Source: Candidatus Oxydemutatoraceae bacterium
Lineage (GTDB): Bacteria; Pseudomonadota; Gammaproteobacteria; Poriferisulfidales; Oxydemutatoraceae
NCBI GenBank assembly: GCA_965218975.1
Contig: OZ244717.1
Span: 1,376,001-1,440,000, forward strand
Length of the DNA stretch: 64,000 nucleotides
Direction of reading: 5' to 3'
The position numbers and the translations under genes were made by a program. A model generated the notes under the pieces. That model was not told the DNA's origin. It saw nothing but the letters and a program-made list of their open reading frames with translations, and did not search any database. Below are positions 18,776-30,266 of the stretch, in pieces. Every line of letters begins with the position of its first letter. Position 1 is the first letter of the stretch.

Positions 18776-19354
18776 TTATGGGATTTTCCAACCCATAGCG
18801 CGTAGCATACGACAGATGGTAATTAAAGGCAGTCCTTGCAATGCGCTGGGGTCTTTGCTACTGATTGATTTAAATAAACTAATGCCGTATTCCTCGCTAC
18901 GGAAACTGCCGGCGCAATCGTATGCCGGTTCTTGCTTAATATAGCGTTCAATTTCGTCAAATTTCAGCTGGCGGAAATGCACTTGAGTCGGCACGTCAGC
19001 AAGTTGATACTTGCCGGTGGAGGCATCCAGCAGGCAAACCCCGGTGTGAAACTTAACATGTCTGCCGGAACATTGCATGAGCTGCTGTTTGGCAATTTCA
19101 AAATTTCCTGGTTTGCTCAAAAACTTTTTCTGAATACAAGTGGTTTGATCGGCGCCGATAATCAGCGCATTCGGATAATATGTCACGGCGGCTCGTGCCT
19201 TTTCCAACGATAGACGCTGCACTAGTTCGCTAGCGCTTTCTTCGGGATGCGGCATCTCGTCAACTGGCGCACAACAGACTATAAAGGGAAGGTTTAGGCG
19301 CGAAAGCAGTATTTCGCGTGATTTTGACGTTGAAGCGAGAATCAGTTGCGGCAT
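18776..19354 (-). CDS. Maf-family nucleoside triphosphate pyrophosphatase (YceF type)
   Basis: LILASTS, IIGADQ, KPG, CAGSF and LQGLP motifs. Confidence 0.9.
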   Translation of the reverse strand: MPQLILASTSKSREILLSRLNLPFIVCCAPVDEMPHPEESASELVQRLSLEKARAAVTYYPNALIIGADQTTCIQKKFLSKPGNFEIAKQQLMQCSGRHVKFHTGVCLLDASTGKYQLADVPTQVHFRQLKFDEIERYIKQEPAYDCAGSFRSEEYGISLFKSISSKDPSALQGLPLITICRMLRAMGWKIP

Positions 19355-19794
19355 GGTGTTTTGTTTGTTATTTGTTTTCCAATTATAGCTTCAGTTGCCG
19401 CTGTCTTATTCATTGATTGCGATGAGGAATTATATATCTGATGACAATTTTAAGATTGATGTTGTGTCATCGTGCCGAATACTGTACGTGCACGGATACA
19501 TACTGGATTCTTGGATGCCAATAAAAAGGTGGCCGGTATACAATACCGGCACATCACCGGCACATCGGTCGTCACATCAAAGATTTCTATACGAGCCTTT
19601 TTAGCTAACAAAGTGGGGCTCATGAGCACAACGGCTCAACAGAAATATGATGTCGCTAGTATTTTGTGAGGGTATAACTCCCGAACCCATTCAAGATCGG
19701 TCGCAGTACTTTGTACCGCTGGCGTCGGCGTTATCGCCGTACTGGCCTCAGCGCCTTACATGATCGCGGCAAAGCGCCGCGTAAGAGGCGCCAG

Positions 19795-19920
19795 CGGATT
19801 GTCAGCAAAGTGCCTGTCGTCCATGACGAGACTTGGTTCTGTCAATGAGCGCCAGCCCCGACGTCCTTGTCGAGTCGTTCGCCGCTGAAAACCGATCGGT
19901 TTTCCGGGCGCGTCTCACCC
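19795..19920 (+). repeat. Array 3: one 98-bp unit (19823-19920) with 5'-truncated leader
   Basis: Reverse complement of the 6280-type unit, ending ...gcgcgtctcaccc. Confidence 0.9.
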
Positions 19921-19965
19921 TGCGCCGGGTGAATCTCGGCAGCAGTAAAATCTTTGAGCTGATGA

Positions 19966-20208
19966 AACCGTTTTGTGTTTGTTGGGGATTTTTAGCGTAA
20001 TGTCTGTCGTCCGTGACGCGACTGGGTTCTGTCAACAAGCCCTAGCCCCGATGTCCTTGTCGGGTCGTTCACCGCTGAAAACCAATTGGTTTTCCGGGCG
20101 CGTCTCACCCATGACGCGACTTGGTCTTGTTGAATGAGCGCCGGCTCCGATATCTTTGTCGGGCCGTTCACCGCTGAAAACCGGTCGGTTTTCCTGGCCA
20201 TCTCACCC
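19966..20208 (+). repeat. Array 4: two 98-bp units (20013-20110, 20111-20208) with leader
   Basis: Leader aaccgttttgtgtttg; both units end in tctcaccc; the second unit is more diverged. Confidence 0.9.
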
Positions 20209-20572
20209 TCGTGCCGTCGCGCGCATCATTGCCGATGCACCGGATAGAATGTGCACTATTTCCGTCCGTATCAACGCCGGATATATGCCCATGTTGAGCG
20301 TTTCAACCGTACTCTACAAGAAGACTTTACAGGACTACAATGAGGAACTATTGTTTACGGATTCGGATGAATTTAACGAGCGTCTATGTCATATTTGGAG
20401 TGGTACAATATGCGCCGACTGCATGCCGGTTTAGGTCAGTTGATCCCCAACAACCCTAAAAAATCCCATTTAGGGTGGCATCGTACATCAGTTTGCCACA
20501 TTAGACTTTAAAGTATATGCTGTACGCATTAAATAATATATTATACATAAGCGTTTACCCAAATTAGTACAG

Positions 20573-21325
20573 ATGGTATTTAGGCAATTATTTGAAAGTT
20601 CTTCAAGTACTTACACTTATTTGCTCGGATGTTCCGATACGGGCGAGACGATATTGATAGATCCGGTGCTTGAAACGGCTGATCGCGATTTGGAAGTCTT
20701 GCGCGATATGGGGTTGAAATTGACTGCTACTTTGGAAACACATATCCATGCCGACCATATCACCGGAGCAACCAAGCTCAATGCCTTGACCGGTTGTGCA
20801 ATAGCTGGTCCGGCAATGGATGAATTACCTTGTCGCGATATCGAGGTCCGCGAAGGCGAGCCTTTTCGCGTAGGCCACTTGGAATTACATCCGCTTTATA
20901 CACCGGGACATACCGATACTCACCATGTTTATTTAATTGAAACATCGGTCTGCAAAATCGTATTTTCAGGCGATTGCTTGCTGATTGAAGGATGCGGCCG
21001 GACTGATTTTCAAGCGGGAGATGCGGCGACTTTGTATCGCAGCATCCATGGCAAACTTTTCACTCTGCCTGAAGATTCGTTAGTTTATCCGGGGCATGAT
21101 TATGTCGGATGTTCGGTTACAACCGTCGGACAAGAAAAACGTCGCAACCCTCGTTTAGGACAAAGTAAGACTCAAGAGGAATTTGTCGTAATCATGGAAG
21201 GATTGAAATTGCCTTATCCGCATAAAATGGAATTTGCAGTGCCGGGTAATCAACAATGCGGAAAATGTCCCGACAATCTGCCGCCGGATGTAAAGAGGTT
21301 GTGCGAGGTACACGATCAAGGTTAA
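20573..21325 (+). CDS. Persulfide dioxygenase (ETHE1-like MBL-fold protein)
   Basis: FRQLFE..SSTYTYLL, ETHIHADHITG, TPGHT, GCGRTDFQ, YPGHDY and EKRRNPRL motifs. Confidence 0.88.
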   Translation: MVFRQLFESSSSTYTYLLGCSDTGETILIDPVLETADRDLEVLRDMGLKLTATLETHIHADHITGATKLNALTGCAIAGPAMDELPCRDIEVREGEPFRVGHLELHPLYTPGHTDTHHVYLIETSVCKIVFSGDCLLIEGCGRTDFQAGDAATLYRSIHGKLFTLPEDSLVYPGHDYVGCSVTTVGQEKRRNPRLGQSKTQEEFVVIMEGLKLPYPHKMEFAVPGNQQCGKCPDNLPPDVKRLCEVHDQG

Positions 21326-21404
21326 CGCTATCTCGTAACGGATTGGCTATGATTGTCTTGCAATATCTAATGCGTCAAAAACGACTGTTTAATCGGACAG
21401 ACGT

Positions 21405-22511
21405 TTATTCGTAATCGTAAGTTGGGTAGACCTGTACGATGTATTTACGCATGATTTTGGCACGCCAATCAGTGAAAGGATTTTCTATGCCTTGGCTGCG
21501 TACAATCGTCATCAACTGATCTTTATTTGCAATTAAAGCCGGTGCAATCCCGTATTTATGTGCGGCTTGCCGGGTCATGCTTTGCAAGGCAGCTAAATTT
21601 TCTTTCATTACTTCGTCGAGCTGTGGGCGAGGTACCGGTTTATCGATAATATTGCAATCAATGCTTTGTAATACTCTTGCTAAAGTTTCAGTATATCCTG
21701 CGGATCTCTTGCAATCTTGGATCTGTTGTACCAGTGTCACCAAGTGCCGGCGTTTCATCTTATGGGGCGCTTGGCATAGTCGGGCGATTTTCCGGATGCA
21801 TTGGTCGGTTATTATCCACTGCCGCGGCAGGTTTTTTGCTTGCGCTTGTTTTTCGCGCCATTTGACTAAACATTTTAATACGGCGTACTGAATGGCGGGT
21901 TTATGTTTTGCTTTGTTGAGAAATTGCTCGCAAAAATCATAGCTGATTTTTTCCGCATTGCGGCTTTCCTCCTCAAACCATTTGCTTTTGTTTTGTGCCT
22001 GCAATTCGTCCGCAAGAATCGTACGTAAACGCTCAAGATATATGACATCTTCCGCAGCATAGCGGATTTGTTTTTCTGTCAAAGGGCGGCGCATCCAGTC
22101 GGAATAGGTTTGCGCCTTATCAAGTTTTACTCCAATCTTTTCCCAAACGAGTCGCTTGTAGCTCACTTGAATTTCAGAGCCGAGAAAAGTGGTGGCAAGC
22201 TGTGTGTCAAATATTGGTGTCGGTGAATTGCCGCAGACTATCTGTAGGATTTCGCTATCCTGTCGCGGGCTATGAACAATTTTTTCGATATTGGGATTTA
22301 CGAGTAACTCCGTTAAAGGGGAAAAATCGGAGATAGTAGGGATGTCAATCAGAAAAACAGCAGCTCCGGCTGCCAGTTGCACTAATGATAACTGAGGGTA
22401 ATAGGTATCCTTACGGACAAACTCCGTATCCAGAGCAATATATGCTTGTTGGAGCTGTTTCTTTATACGTCGTAGATCACGGTTAGATCGTACATAAGTC
22501 AGTGTGTTCAA
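21405..22511 (-). CDS. rnd: Ribonuclease D
   Basis: IALDTEFVR..TYYPQL.LVQ, SDWMRRPL..Q..YAAEDV and an HRDC region. Confidence 0.9.
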   Translation of the reverse strand: MNTLTYVRSNRDLRRIKKQLQQAYIALDTEFVRKDTYYPQLSLVQLAAGAAVFLIDIPTISDFSPLTELLVNPNIEKIVHSPRQDSEILQIVCGNSPTPIFDTQLATTFLGSEIQVSYKRLVWEKIGVKLDKAQTYSDWMRRPLTEKQIRYAAEDVIYLERLRTILADELQAQNKSKWFEEESRNAEKISYDFCEQFLNKAKHKPAIQYAVLKCLVKWREKQAQAKNLPRQWIITDQCIRKIARLCQAPHKMKRRHLVTLVQQIQDCKRSAGYTETLARVLQSIDCNIIDKPVPRPQLDEVMKENLAALQSMTRQAAHKYGIAPALIANKDQLMTIVRSQGIENPFTDWRAKIMRKYIVQVYPTYDYE

Positions 22512-22993
22512 TTTTTTATATGAACTTTATGTCGAATTGAACGTAGTACGGAAAATATCCATGGCCAAAGTATGATACTGCTTAGCAACGGCATGAATTT
22601 TTGCCAGTGCAGTTCAATAGAATATAACATCCCTTCGATCCATAAGAAAATAATCAGGTAGGGCAGTAATAAAATACCGATACCCAAAGACTGCTGAAAT
22701 ATGGGATAAATTCGCAGTCGTGAGTGCAGTAGTATGGTGATATAAGCTACCCAAGTATAAATCAGCGCGTGCTGCCCGATGATTGTGCCGTTTACCAAGT
22801 CAACTATGATACCGACTAACCAAGCGAATTTGATGTTCAGTTGATTAGGTAGTGCCAGACACCAATAGATGACTGCCAACACTGTCCAATCCGGCCATAT
22901 TGCCGTAGCGATTCGCGGTAGCGGTAATGCGGAGAGCATCAGTGTCACTAAAATTGTGAGCGTGACTATAAGGTATAAGCGGAAGTTAATCAT
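22508..22993 (-). CDS. mreD: Rod shape-determining protein MreD
   Basis: Hydrophobic; PDW..L.VIYW..ALP; ATG overlaps the mreC stop (ATGA). Confidence 0.9.
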   Translation of the reverse strand: MINFRLYLIVTLTILVTLMLSALPLPRIATAIWPDWTVLAVIYWCLALPNQLNIKFAWLVGIIVDLVNGTIIGQHALIYTWVAYITILLHSRLRIYPIFQQSLGIGILLLPYLIIFLWIEGMLYSIELHWQKFMPLLSSIILWPWIFSVLRSIRHKVHIKN

Positions 22994-23823
22994 TTTGGTT
23001 CCGGAGCAGGTGAAACTGATCGTTCCCAAATAAGAAGTACTTCACGACCATAATTAAGTTTGGCAAACGGTCGGATAAAAACCGATGCAAAGGTGTCGCC
23101 CGGAGAACGGCTAACTTTGGTCACATAACCGATAGGATAGTCCGGCGGATAAAGATTATCCAATCCGGTAGTTACAAGAGTATCGCCTTGACGAATATCG
23201 GCATCCGGCGGCAAGTACTGCAACTCTAATTGATCAGGATTGCCGACGCCGACAACCAAAGTGGTGATTCCCGAACGGTTTACTTGTGCCAGCACTGCAT
23301 GGTCAGGGTCGGAAATCAGCATTCCGGTTGCGCTAAAAGGTGTTACGGAAATGATTTGCCCGAGAATGCCGTCGGTGCCGAGAATCGGCTGTCCGATGTA
23401 GGCGTTATCCCGAGCCCCTTTATTAATTACAATACGTTGTTTAAATGGTGTTGAATTCTTGCTGATGAGTTCAGCTATAATCGCTTTGTTATCTACTTGA
23501 TTGCGAGTAGATTGTAATAAGTTCCTCAATCGTTGATTTTCACTAAGCACTGCGGAATACTTTTGCAATTGGAAATGGAGTTGCATGTTTTCTTCACGTA
23601 GGGTTTGGTTTTGGGTCTTTAACAGCCCACGTTCGTGTAAGTGAATATAAACTTGATCCCAAAAGCGGACAGGCAGGTTGGCAAGATAATATATGGGATA
23701 AGAGATGGTGCCGAAATAGTGATGAACATTGCGCAAGTAATCGTGACGATGATCGGTGATCATCAGTGCAATGGAAAGTGCGCTGAAAAAGAGCAGGTTA
23801 AAAAAACTTCGCGAAGACTGCAT
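22990..23823 (-). CDS. mreC: Rod shape-determining protein MreC
   Basis: ENQRLRNLL, INKG and GDTLVTTGL..YP motifs. Confidence 0.93.
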   Translation of the reverse strand: MQSSRSFFNLLFFSALSIALMITDHRHDYLRNVHHYFGTISYPIYYLANLPVRFWDQVYIHLHERGLLKTQNQTLREENMQLHFQLQKYSAVLSENQRLRNLLQSTRNQVDNKAIIAELISKNSTPFKQRIVINKGARDNAYIGQPILGTDGILGQIISVTPFSATGMLISDPDHAVLAQVNRSGITTLVVGVGNPDQLELQYLPPDADIRQGDTLVTTGLDNLYPPDYPIGYVTKVSRSPGDTFASVFIRPFAKLNYGREVLLIWERSVSPAPEPK

Positions 23824-23862
23824 AATGCTTAGATTGTTACCCCTCCTTCATTAAGGTGAAGT

Positions 23863-24915
<1,053 letters not shown>

Positions 24916-25016
24916 TTAGTTAGGTAAGTGATTATGCTATACTTTAACAATTTAAAATAAAGTCGGCAAGATTGTTCGGTGTACCTCCCTAAGAATTATC
25001 ACTAGTTTTTATATCC

Positions 25017-25307
25017 ATGGACAGTAAAGAAGTTAGGAAAATAGCCAGCCTTGCGTGTTTGACACTAACAGAAGACGAGATTGAGTCGATGCAAAATGCA
25101 TTGACGGACATCCTGAATCTGGTTGGTCAATTGCAGGAGCACGATATGGGTTCGACGCCTCCTGTTACCCATCCGTTAGAGATGGTTCAGCGTATGCGCG
25201 AAGATGAAATAACCGAAACCGAGCAACGTCGCCCGCTTCAAGCGAGCGCGTCGGCAGTAGCAGATGGGTTTTATCTGGTACCCCAAGTAATTGAGCACGG
25301 TAATTAG
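25017..25307 (+). CDS. gatC: Asp/Glu-tRNA amidotransferase subunit C
   Basis: KIASLACL..MREDEI..YLVPQVIE; lies before gatA. Confidence 0.9.
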   Translation: MDSKEVRKIASLACLTLTEDEIESMQNALTDILNLVGQLQEHDMGSTPPVTHPLEMVQRMREDEITETEQRRPLQASASAVADGFYLVPQVIEHGN

Positions 25308-25340
25308 CCTGAATATATTGCGAACTTAAAATATAGACTG

Positions 25341-26807
25341 ATGCCGCAGTTAACGAATCGTCTGGCCGAACTATCTACGGGTCTTGCCCGCGGTGAATTC
25401 TCTAGCGTCGAATTGACACAATTTTTCCTGGATAGAGTTGAACGGTTCAATCCTAAGTTAAATTGCTTCATTAATATCACTCACGAACAAGCATTGCGCC
25501 AAGCTCGAGCCGCTGATCAAAGAATTAAAGCACGCAAGCATACACCGTTAATGGGGATTCCTTATGCGCACAAAGATATTTTCTGCACTCGGGAGATTCC
25601 GACAACTTGCGGTTCAAAAATGTTAGAAAGCTTTGTGCCACCTTATGATGCAACCGTGACTCAAAAGCTGAATGAAGCCGGGATGGTGATGTTGGGCAAA
25701 ACTAATTTGGATGAATTTGCAATGGGTTCTTCCAATGAGAATAGCCACTTTGGCGCAGTGTGCAATCCGTGGGCGACGGACCATGTGCCGGGAGGTTCTT
25801 CGGGAGGGTCGGCGGCCTCAGTTGCGGCACGGGTCGCACCTTGCGCGACCGGTACCGATACGGGCGGGTCTATCCGCCAGCCGGCATCATTTTGTGGTAT
25901 TACCGGGATTAAGCCGACCTATGGGTTAGTTTCACGTTACGGTATGGTTGCTTATGCATCAAGTCTCGATCAAGGTGGTGTCTTGAGTCAATCGGTTGAA
26001 GACTGCGCGTTAATACTTGCGGCAATGGCGGGGTTTGATTGTAAAGATTCAACGAGTGCCGATCGCTCGGTTCCAATATATGTTGATGGTTTGGAGAAAA
26101 AGATCGATGGCTTGAAAATCGGATTGCCGACGCAATATTTTGATTTGAAAACAGAACCGCAAGTACGAACGGCGATTGAAACGGCAGTTGCCGAACTGAC
26201 CCAACTCGGTTGCGAAGCGGTTGAAATAAGTTTACCGTCATTGGAATTGGCGATTCCCGCATATTATGTCATTGCATCTGCCGAGTGCTCATCTAATCTT
26301 GCACGTTACGACGGCGTGCGCTATGGCTATCGTTGCAAAAACCCGCGAAACTTAAAAGACTTGTATACTCGTACCCGCAGTGAAGGATTCGGCGCCGAGG
26401 TAAAACGGCGCATTATGATCGGTTCATACGTCTTATCGGCGGGATACTACGATGCTTATTATTTGAGAGCACAAAAAATGCGGTGTAAGATCCGGCAGGA
26501 TTTTGCCGCAGCTTTTGATAAAGTTGATGTCATTGTGGGACCGGTATCACCGACGCCGGCATTTAAAGTCGGTGAAAAATTGGCGGATCCGGTGAAAATG
26601 TACTTGTCGGACATTTATACGATTGCCGTCAACCTTGCGGGTTTACCCGCGTTAGCATTACCGGCAGGTTTTAGCGGCAATTTGCCGGTCGGTCTGCAAC
26701 TAATCGGTAATTATTTTTCGGAAGAACAATTATTCGCAATCGGTCATCATTATCAGCAAACGACTGATTGGCATTGTCGTTTACCGCCATTTGCTGAGGA
26801 AGAATAG
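25341..26807 (+). CDS. gatA: Asp/Glu-tRNA amidotransferase subunit A
   Basis: Amidase signature GGSSGGS and [11 protein letters not shown]. Confidence 0.97.
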   Translation: MPQLTNRLAELSTGLARGEFSSVELTQFFLDRVERFNPKLNCFINITHEQALRQARAADQRIKARKHTPLMGIPYAHKDIFCTREIPTTCGSKMLESFVPPYDATVTQKLNEAGMVMLGKTNLDEFAMGSSNENSHFGAVCNPWATDHVPGGSSGGSAASVAARVAPCATGTDTGGSIRQPASFCGITGIKPTYGLVSRYGMVAYASSLDQGGVLSQSVEDCALILAAMAGFDCKDSTSADRSVPIYVDGLEKKIDGLKIGLPTQYFDLKTEPQVRTAIETAVAELTQLGCEAVEISLPSLELAIPAYYVIASAECSSNLARYDGVRYGYRCKNPRNLKDLYTRTRSEGFGAEVKRRIMIGSYVLSAGYYDAYYLRAQKMRCKIRQDFAAAFDKVDVIVGPVSPTPAFKVGEKLADPVKMYLSDIYTIAVNLAGLPALALPAGFSGNLPVGLQLIGNYFSEEQLFAIGHHYQQTTDWHCRLPPFAEEE

Positions 26808-26809
26808 CG

Positions 26810-28246
26810 ATGCAATGGCAGGCAGTCATTGGATTGGAGATCCATACCCGCTTAAAAACGCGGAGTAAATTATTTTCGGGCGCAGCGGCACAATATGGTG
26901 CAGCGCCGAATGAACAAGTTTGTCCGATTGATGCAGCATTTCCCGGGGTGCTACCGGTTTTAAATAAAGAAGTCATTAAAATGGCGATTTCTTTTGGGTT
27001 GTCTATTAATGCTCAAATTGCGCGCCGAACGATTTTTGCACGAAAAAGCTATTTTTATCCCGATTTACCAAAAGGATATCAAATTAGTCAATACGAACAC
27101 CCGATCATTACTAACGGTGAACTTCAGATCATGTCGGAGGATGGCACTTGCAAAACAATCGGTATCACGCGTGCGCACCTTGAAGAAGATGCAGGTAAGT
27201 CGGTGCATTCCGAGTTTGACGGGATGAGTGGGATTGATCTTAATCGCGCCGGAATTCCTCTAATTGAGATTGTTTCGGAACCTGATATGAACAGTGCTGC
27301 CGAGGCGGGCGCATATATGCGCAAGATTCACAGCATTGTGCGATATCTTGATATTTGCGATGGAAATATGCAGGAGGGGTCATTTCGTTGTGATGCCAAT
27401 GTGTCGGTGCGACCTGCCGGCAGTGAAAAATTGGGTCAACGAGCCGAAGTGAAAAATGTCAACTCATTTCGGTTTGTTGAGAGAGCGATTGCATATGAAA
27501 TTGAACGTCAGATTGAAATTTTGGAAGAAGGAGGTACGGTTCGTCAAGAGACACGTTTGTTTAATGTGGATACCGGACGAACGCATGCGATGCGTAGCAA
27601 AGAAGAATCGCATGATTACCAGTATTTTCCTGACCCTGATTTATTGCCGGTGGTTATTGACGAACATCAAATCCGTGAGGTGCGAGCTACCTTGCCTGAA
27701 TTACCGGCGGAAAAATCAGCACGTTTTGCTAGAGAATATGGTCTTGCCGCGCAAGATATCGAGCGCTTGGTTGCCGATCGTGCACTAGCAGATTATTTTG
27801 AATCATGTGTAAAGCAAACAAAAGCATCCTCGCAGATTGTAGCCAATTGGATGAATGGTGCGCTGACAGCTATGCTCAAGAAGCATAACTTGCTCATTGA
27901 AAGTGCGCCTATATCGAACAAAATGCTTGCGCAATTGCTCGATTACTTGCACGATGAGGTTGTATCTAACAATAATGCCCGAGAAGCCTTTGTCGGAATG
28001 TGGGAGAAAGAAGGCACTGCCGAGCAGATTATTGATCAAAAAGGGTTACGGCAAATGGATGACAGCGTTGAATTGGAGCGAATCATAGATGCGCTTATTG
28101 AGAATAGCCCTAAGCAAGTGGCTCAGTATCGATCGGGTAAAGAAAAAGTATTCGGCTATTTTGTCGGACAAGTGATGCAAGTAACAAAGCAAAAAGCGAA
28201 CCCGAAAGAAACCAACAGATTATTAAAAAATAAGCTGTCCGAATAG
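26810..28246 (+). CDS. gatB: Asp/Glu-tRNA amidotransferase subunit B
   Basis: IGLEIH, YFYPDLPKGYQISQ and EGSFRCDANVS motifs. Confidence 0.97.
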   Translation: MQWQAVIGLEIHTRLKTRSKLFSGAAAQYGAAPNEQVCPIDAAFPGVLPVLNKEVIKMAISFGLSINAQIARRTIFARKSYFYPDLPKGYQISQYEHPIITNGELQIMSEDGTCKTIGITRAHLEEDAGKSVHSEFDGMSGIDLNRAGIPLIEIVSEPDMNSAAEAGAYMRKIHSIVRYLDICDGNMQEGSFRCDANVSVRPAGSEKLGQRAEVKNVNSFRFVERAIAYEIERQIEILEEGGTVRQETRLFNVDTGRTHAMRSKEESHDYQYFPDPDLLPVVIDEHQIREVRATLPELPAEKSARFAREYGLAAQDIERLVADRALADYFESCVKQTKASSQIVANWMNGALTAMLKKHNLLIESAPISNKMLAQLLDYLHDEVVSNNNAREAFVGMWEKEGTAEQIIDQKGLRQMDDSVELERIIDALIENSPKQVAQYRSGKEKVFGYFVGQVMQVTKQKANPKETNRLLKNKLSE

Positions 28247-28350
28247 CAGTTCTGTCAATCATTTGTTTGCGCAACTTGCGGGCGGCTAATCATTCTTCAA
28301 TGAATTCAATGACCGACAACCAATTATATTATCCGCTTATTATCTGTTCG

Positions 28351-29181
28351 CTAAGTTAACCGTCCTTTCGTCGCACGAGGTAATTGCGCCATATCTTTGT
28401 AACAGTGAATTTGTGATAGACCGGACCGCATCATTAAATTCGCGACCGCGGTTTGTTGTAAAGCAGAATGTTCGACGAGTAACGTTCCCGATTCCTTTAA
28501 GTAATCAGGAGCCCGGGCAATAATTGTTTGTAGATGTTCTAAGCCTTCTTTACCGGCGAATAAGGCCGTTGCCGGTTCGTAAGTAGCGACATCGCGATCC
28601 AAATAAGCATCTTCAGTCGCAACATAGGGCGGGTTGCTGACAATCATATCGAAAGATTGCCGCGGTTCAATTGCGCCAAACCAATCGCCGTGTAAAAATT
28701 CGATTGAGCGGATATTGTGGCGGGCAGCGTTTTTTTGCGCCAGATGTAATGCATCATGTTGAATATCCGTTGCGACGATTTTATCAATTTGCGGATAATT
28801 TTTTGCCAATGCGATTGAAATCGCACCACAACCGACACCTAACTCAAGTATCGTTGCTTTAGGTTTTAAGTATCGTAAGATAGCGTTTACTAGCAATTCC
28901 GTTTCGGGTCGCGGAATCAGAACTTGTGGTGAGATTTCAAATTGCAGTGAAAAGAACTCACAATGTTTGATAATTTGCGCTAACGGCTTTCCGGCGCAAT
29001 ATTGATTAATATATAAGGTGAATTGCGCCATCTGTGTCGGGTTTAGAACTTGTTCGGGATAGGCGTAAAGCTTAGTAGGGGAGCAGCTCAACAGATGACA
29101 CAGAAACTGGTTTATCGCATGAACGTTCAGTTGTTTCGATTGTGCCGTTCTACGCAGTTGTTGAACGGTTCTTGTCGGCAT
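28351..29181 (-). CDS. prmC: Release factor glutamine methyltransferase
   Basis: VLIPRPETE and SNPPY motifs; follows prfA. Confidence 0.93.
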   Translation of the reverse strand: MPTRTVQQLRRTAQSKQLNVHAINQFLCHLLSCSPTKLYAYPEQVLNPTQMAQFTLYINQYCAGKPLAQIIKHCEFFSLQFEISPQVLIPRPETELLVNAILRYLKPKATILELGVGCGAISIALAKNYPQIDKIVATDIQHDALHLAQKNAARHNIRSIEFLHGDWFGAIEPRQSFDMIVSNPPYVATEDAYLDRDVATYEPATALFAGKEGLEHLQTIIARAPDYLKESGTLLVEHSALQQTAVANLMMRSGLSQIHCYKDMAQLPRATKGRLT

Positions 29182-30266
29182 TAATCTTTCTCCAATCCGG
29201 CTAATTGTTCGGCTTGTTGCTCACTGGTCAAGGAGCCGATAATGATGTCCATATCTCCTTCCATTAGTTTCGGTAAACTATACAGAGTGAGTTCGATACG
29301 ATGATCAGTTACACGTCCTTGTGGAAAATTATACGTACGAATACGTTCCGAACGATCTCCCGACCCAACCAAGCTTTTACGAGCTGCCGCCTGCTCTTTA
29401 TTTTGTCGTTGCTGTTCCATATCCATTAAACGTGCTTGTAACAAGGCAAGGGCGCGTACCTTATTGCGATGTTGTGAACGACCCTCCTGACATTCGACTG
29501 CAATACCGGTAGGCAAATGCGTAATGCGGATTGCCGAATCGGTTTTGTTGACATGTTGACCGCCGGCGCCGGATGCGCGAAATGTATCGATACGAAGTTC
29601 GGCCGGGTCCATTTTAATTTCATCAATTTCATCGGCTTCAGGTAATATAGCGACTGTTGCTGCCGAAGTATGAATTCGCCCCTGTGATTCGGTTTCAGGA
29701 ACTCTTTGCACGCGATGCGTGCCCGATTCAAACTTCAGACGCGAATAAGCACCTTTGCCTACAATACGCGAGATAATTTCTTTGTACCCACCATGTTCGC
29801 CTTCATGGGCGCTAATCATTTCAACTTTCCAGTTTTTATTCTGTGCATAACGTAGGTACATGCGAAATAGCTCGCCGGCAAAAATTGCCGCTTCATCACC
29901 GCCTGTTCCTGCCCGGATTTCAAGAAAAATGTTACTATCATCATGCGGGTCAACCGGAATCAGCAATCGTTTGATATCCTCTTCAATTTCATTTGCGATC
30001 TTTTTCAACTGAATTATTTCTTCCTGCGCCAGACTTTTAATTTCAACGTCAGGGTCGTTTTGCATTTTTTTAATGTTCTTTAAATCCTCTTGATTACTGC
30101 AATATCGCCCAAAGGATTCAACAATCTTTTGCAGCTGCGCGCGTTCACGTCCTAATCCGCGCATTTTCGCTTGATCTTTGGTAGTTTTCGGTAGCGCAAG
30201 CAATTGATTAATTTCATCGAAACGTGTGCACGTTGCTTCCAATTTTTTGGTTAAAGAGGGTTTCAT
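29181..30266 (-). CDS. prfA: Peptide chain release factor 1
   Basis: GGQ and PET motifs; in the hemA-prfA-prmC operon. Confidence 0.97.
   Translation of the reverse strand: MKPSLTKKLEATCTRFDEINQLLALPKTTKDQAKMRGLGRERAQLQKIVESFGRYCSNQEDLKNIKKMQNDPDVEIKSLAQEEIIQLKKIANEIEEDIKRLLIPVDPHDDSNIFLEIRAGTGGDEAAIFAGELFRMYLRYAQNKNWKVEMISAHEGEHGGYKEIISRIVGKGAYSRLKFESGTHRVQRVPETESQGRIHTSAATVAILPEADEIDEIKMDPAELRIDTFRASGAGGQHVNKTDSAIRITHLPTGIAVECQEGRSQHRNKVRALALLQARLMDMEQQRQNKEQAAARKSLVGSGDRSERIRTYNFPQGRVTDHRIELTLYSLPKLMEGDMDIIIGSLTSEQQAEQLAGLEKD

Larger units (their letters stand above)
19483..20487 (+). mobile_element. Degraded IS481-family element with both ends, interrupted by 98-bp arrays
   Basis: Left end TGTACGTGCACGGATACATAC; right end ...tagggtggcatcgtaca. 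Fragments RSTLYRWRRRY, KAPRKRRQR, ARIIADAPDRM and AHVERFNRTLQED are homologous to 6186-8038. Confidence 0.85.

Noticed and set aside
19795-20208. Group II intron remnant or integron attC sites
   Set aside because: No domain V (AGC...GNRA) motif or GUGYG 5' end, and no RYYYAAC/GTTRRRY boxes were seen.
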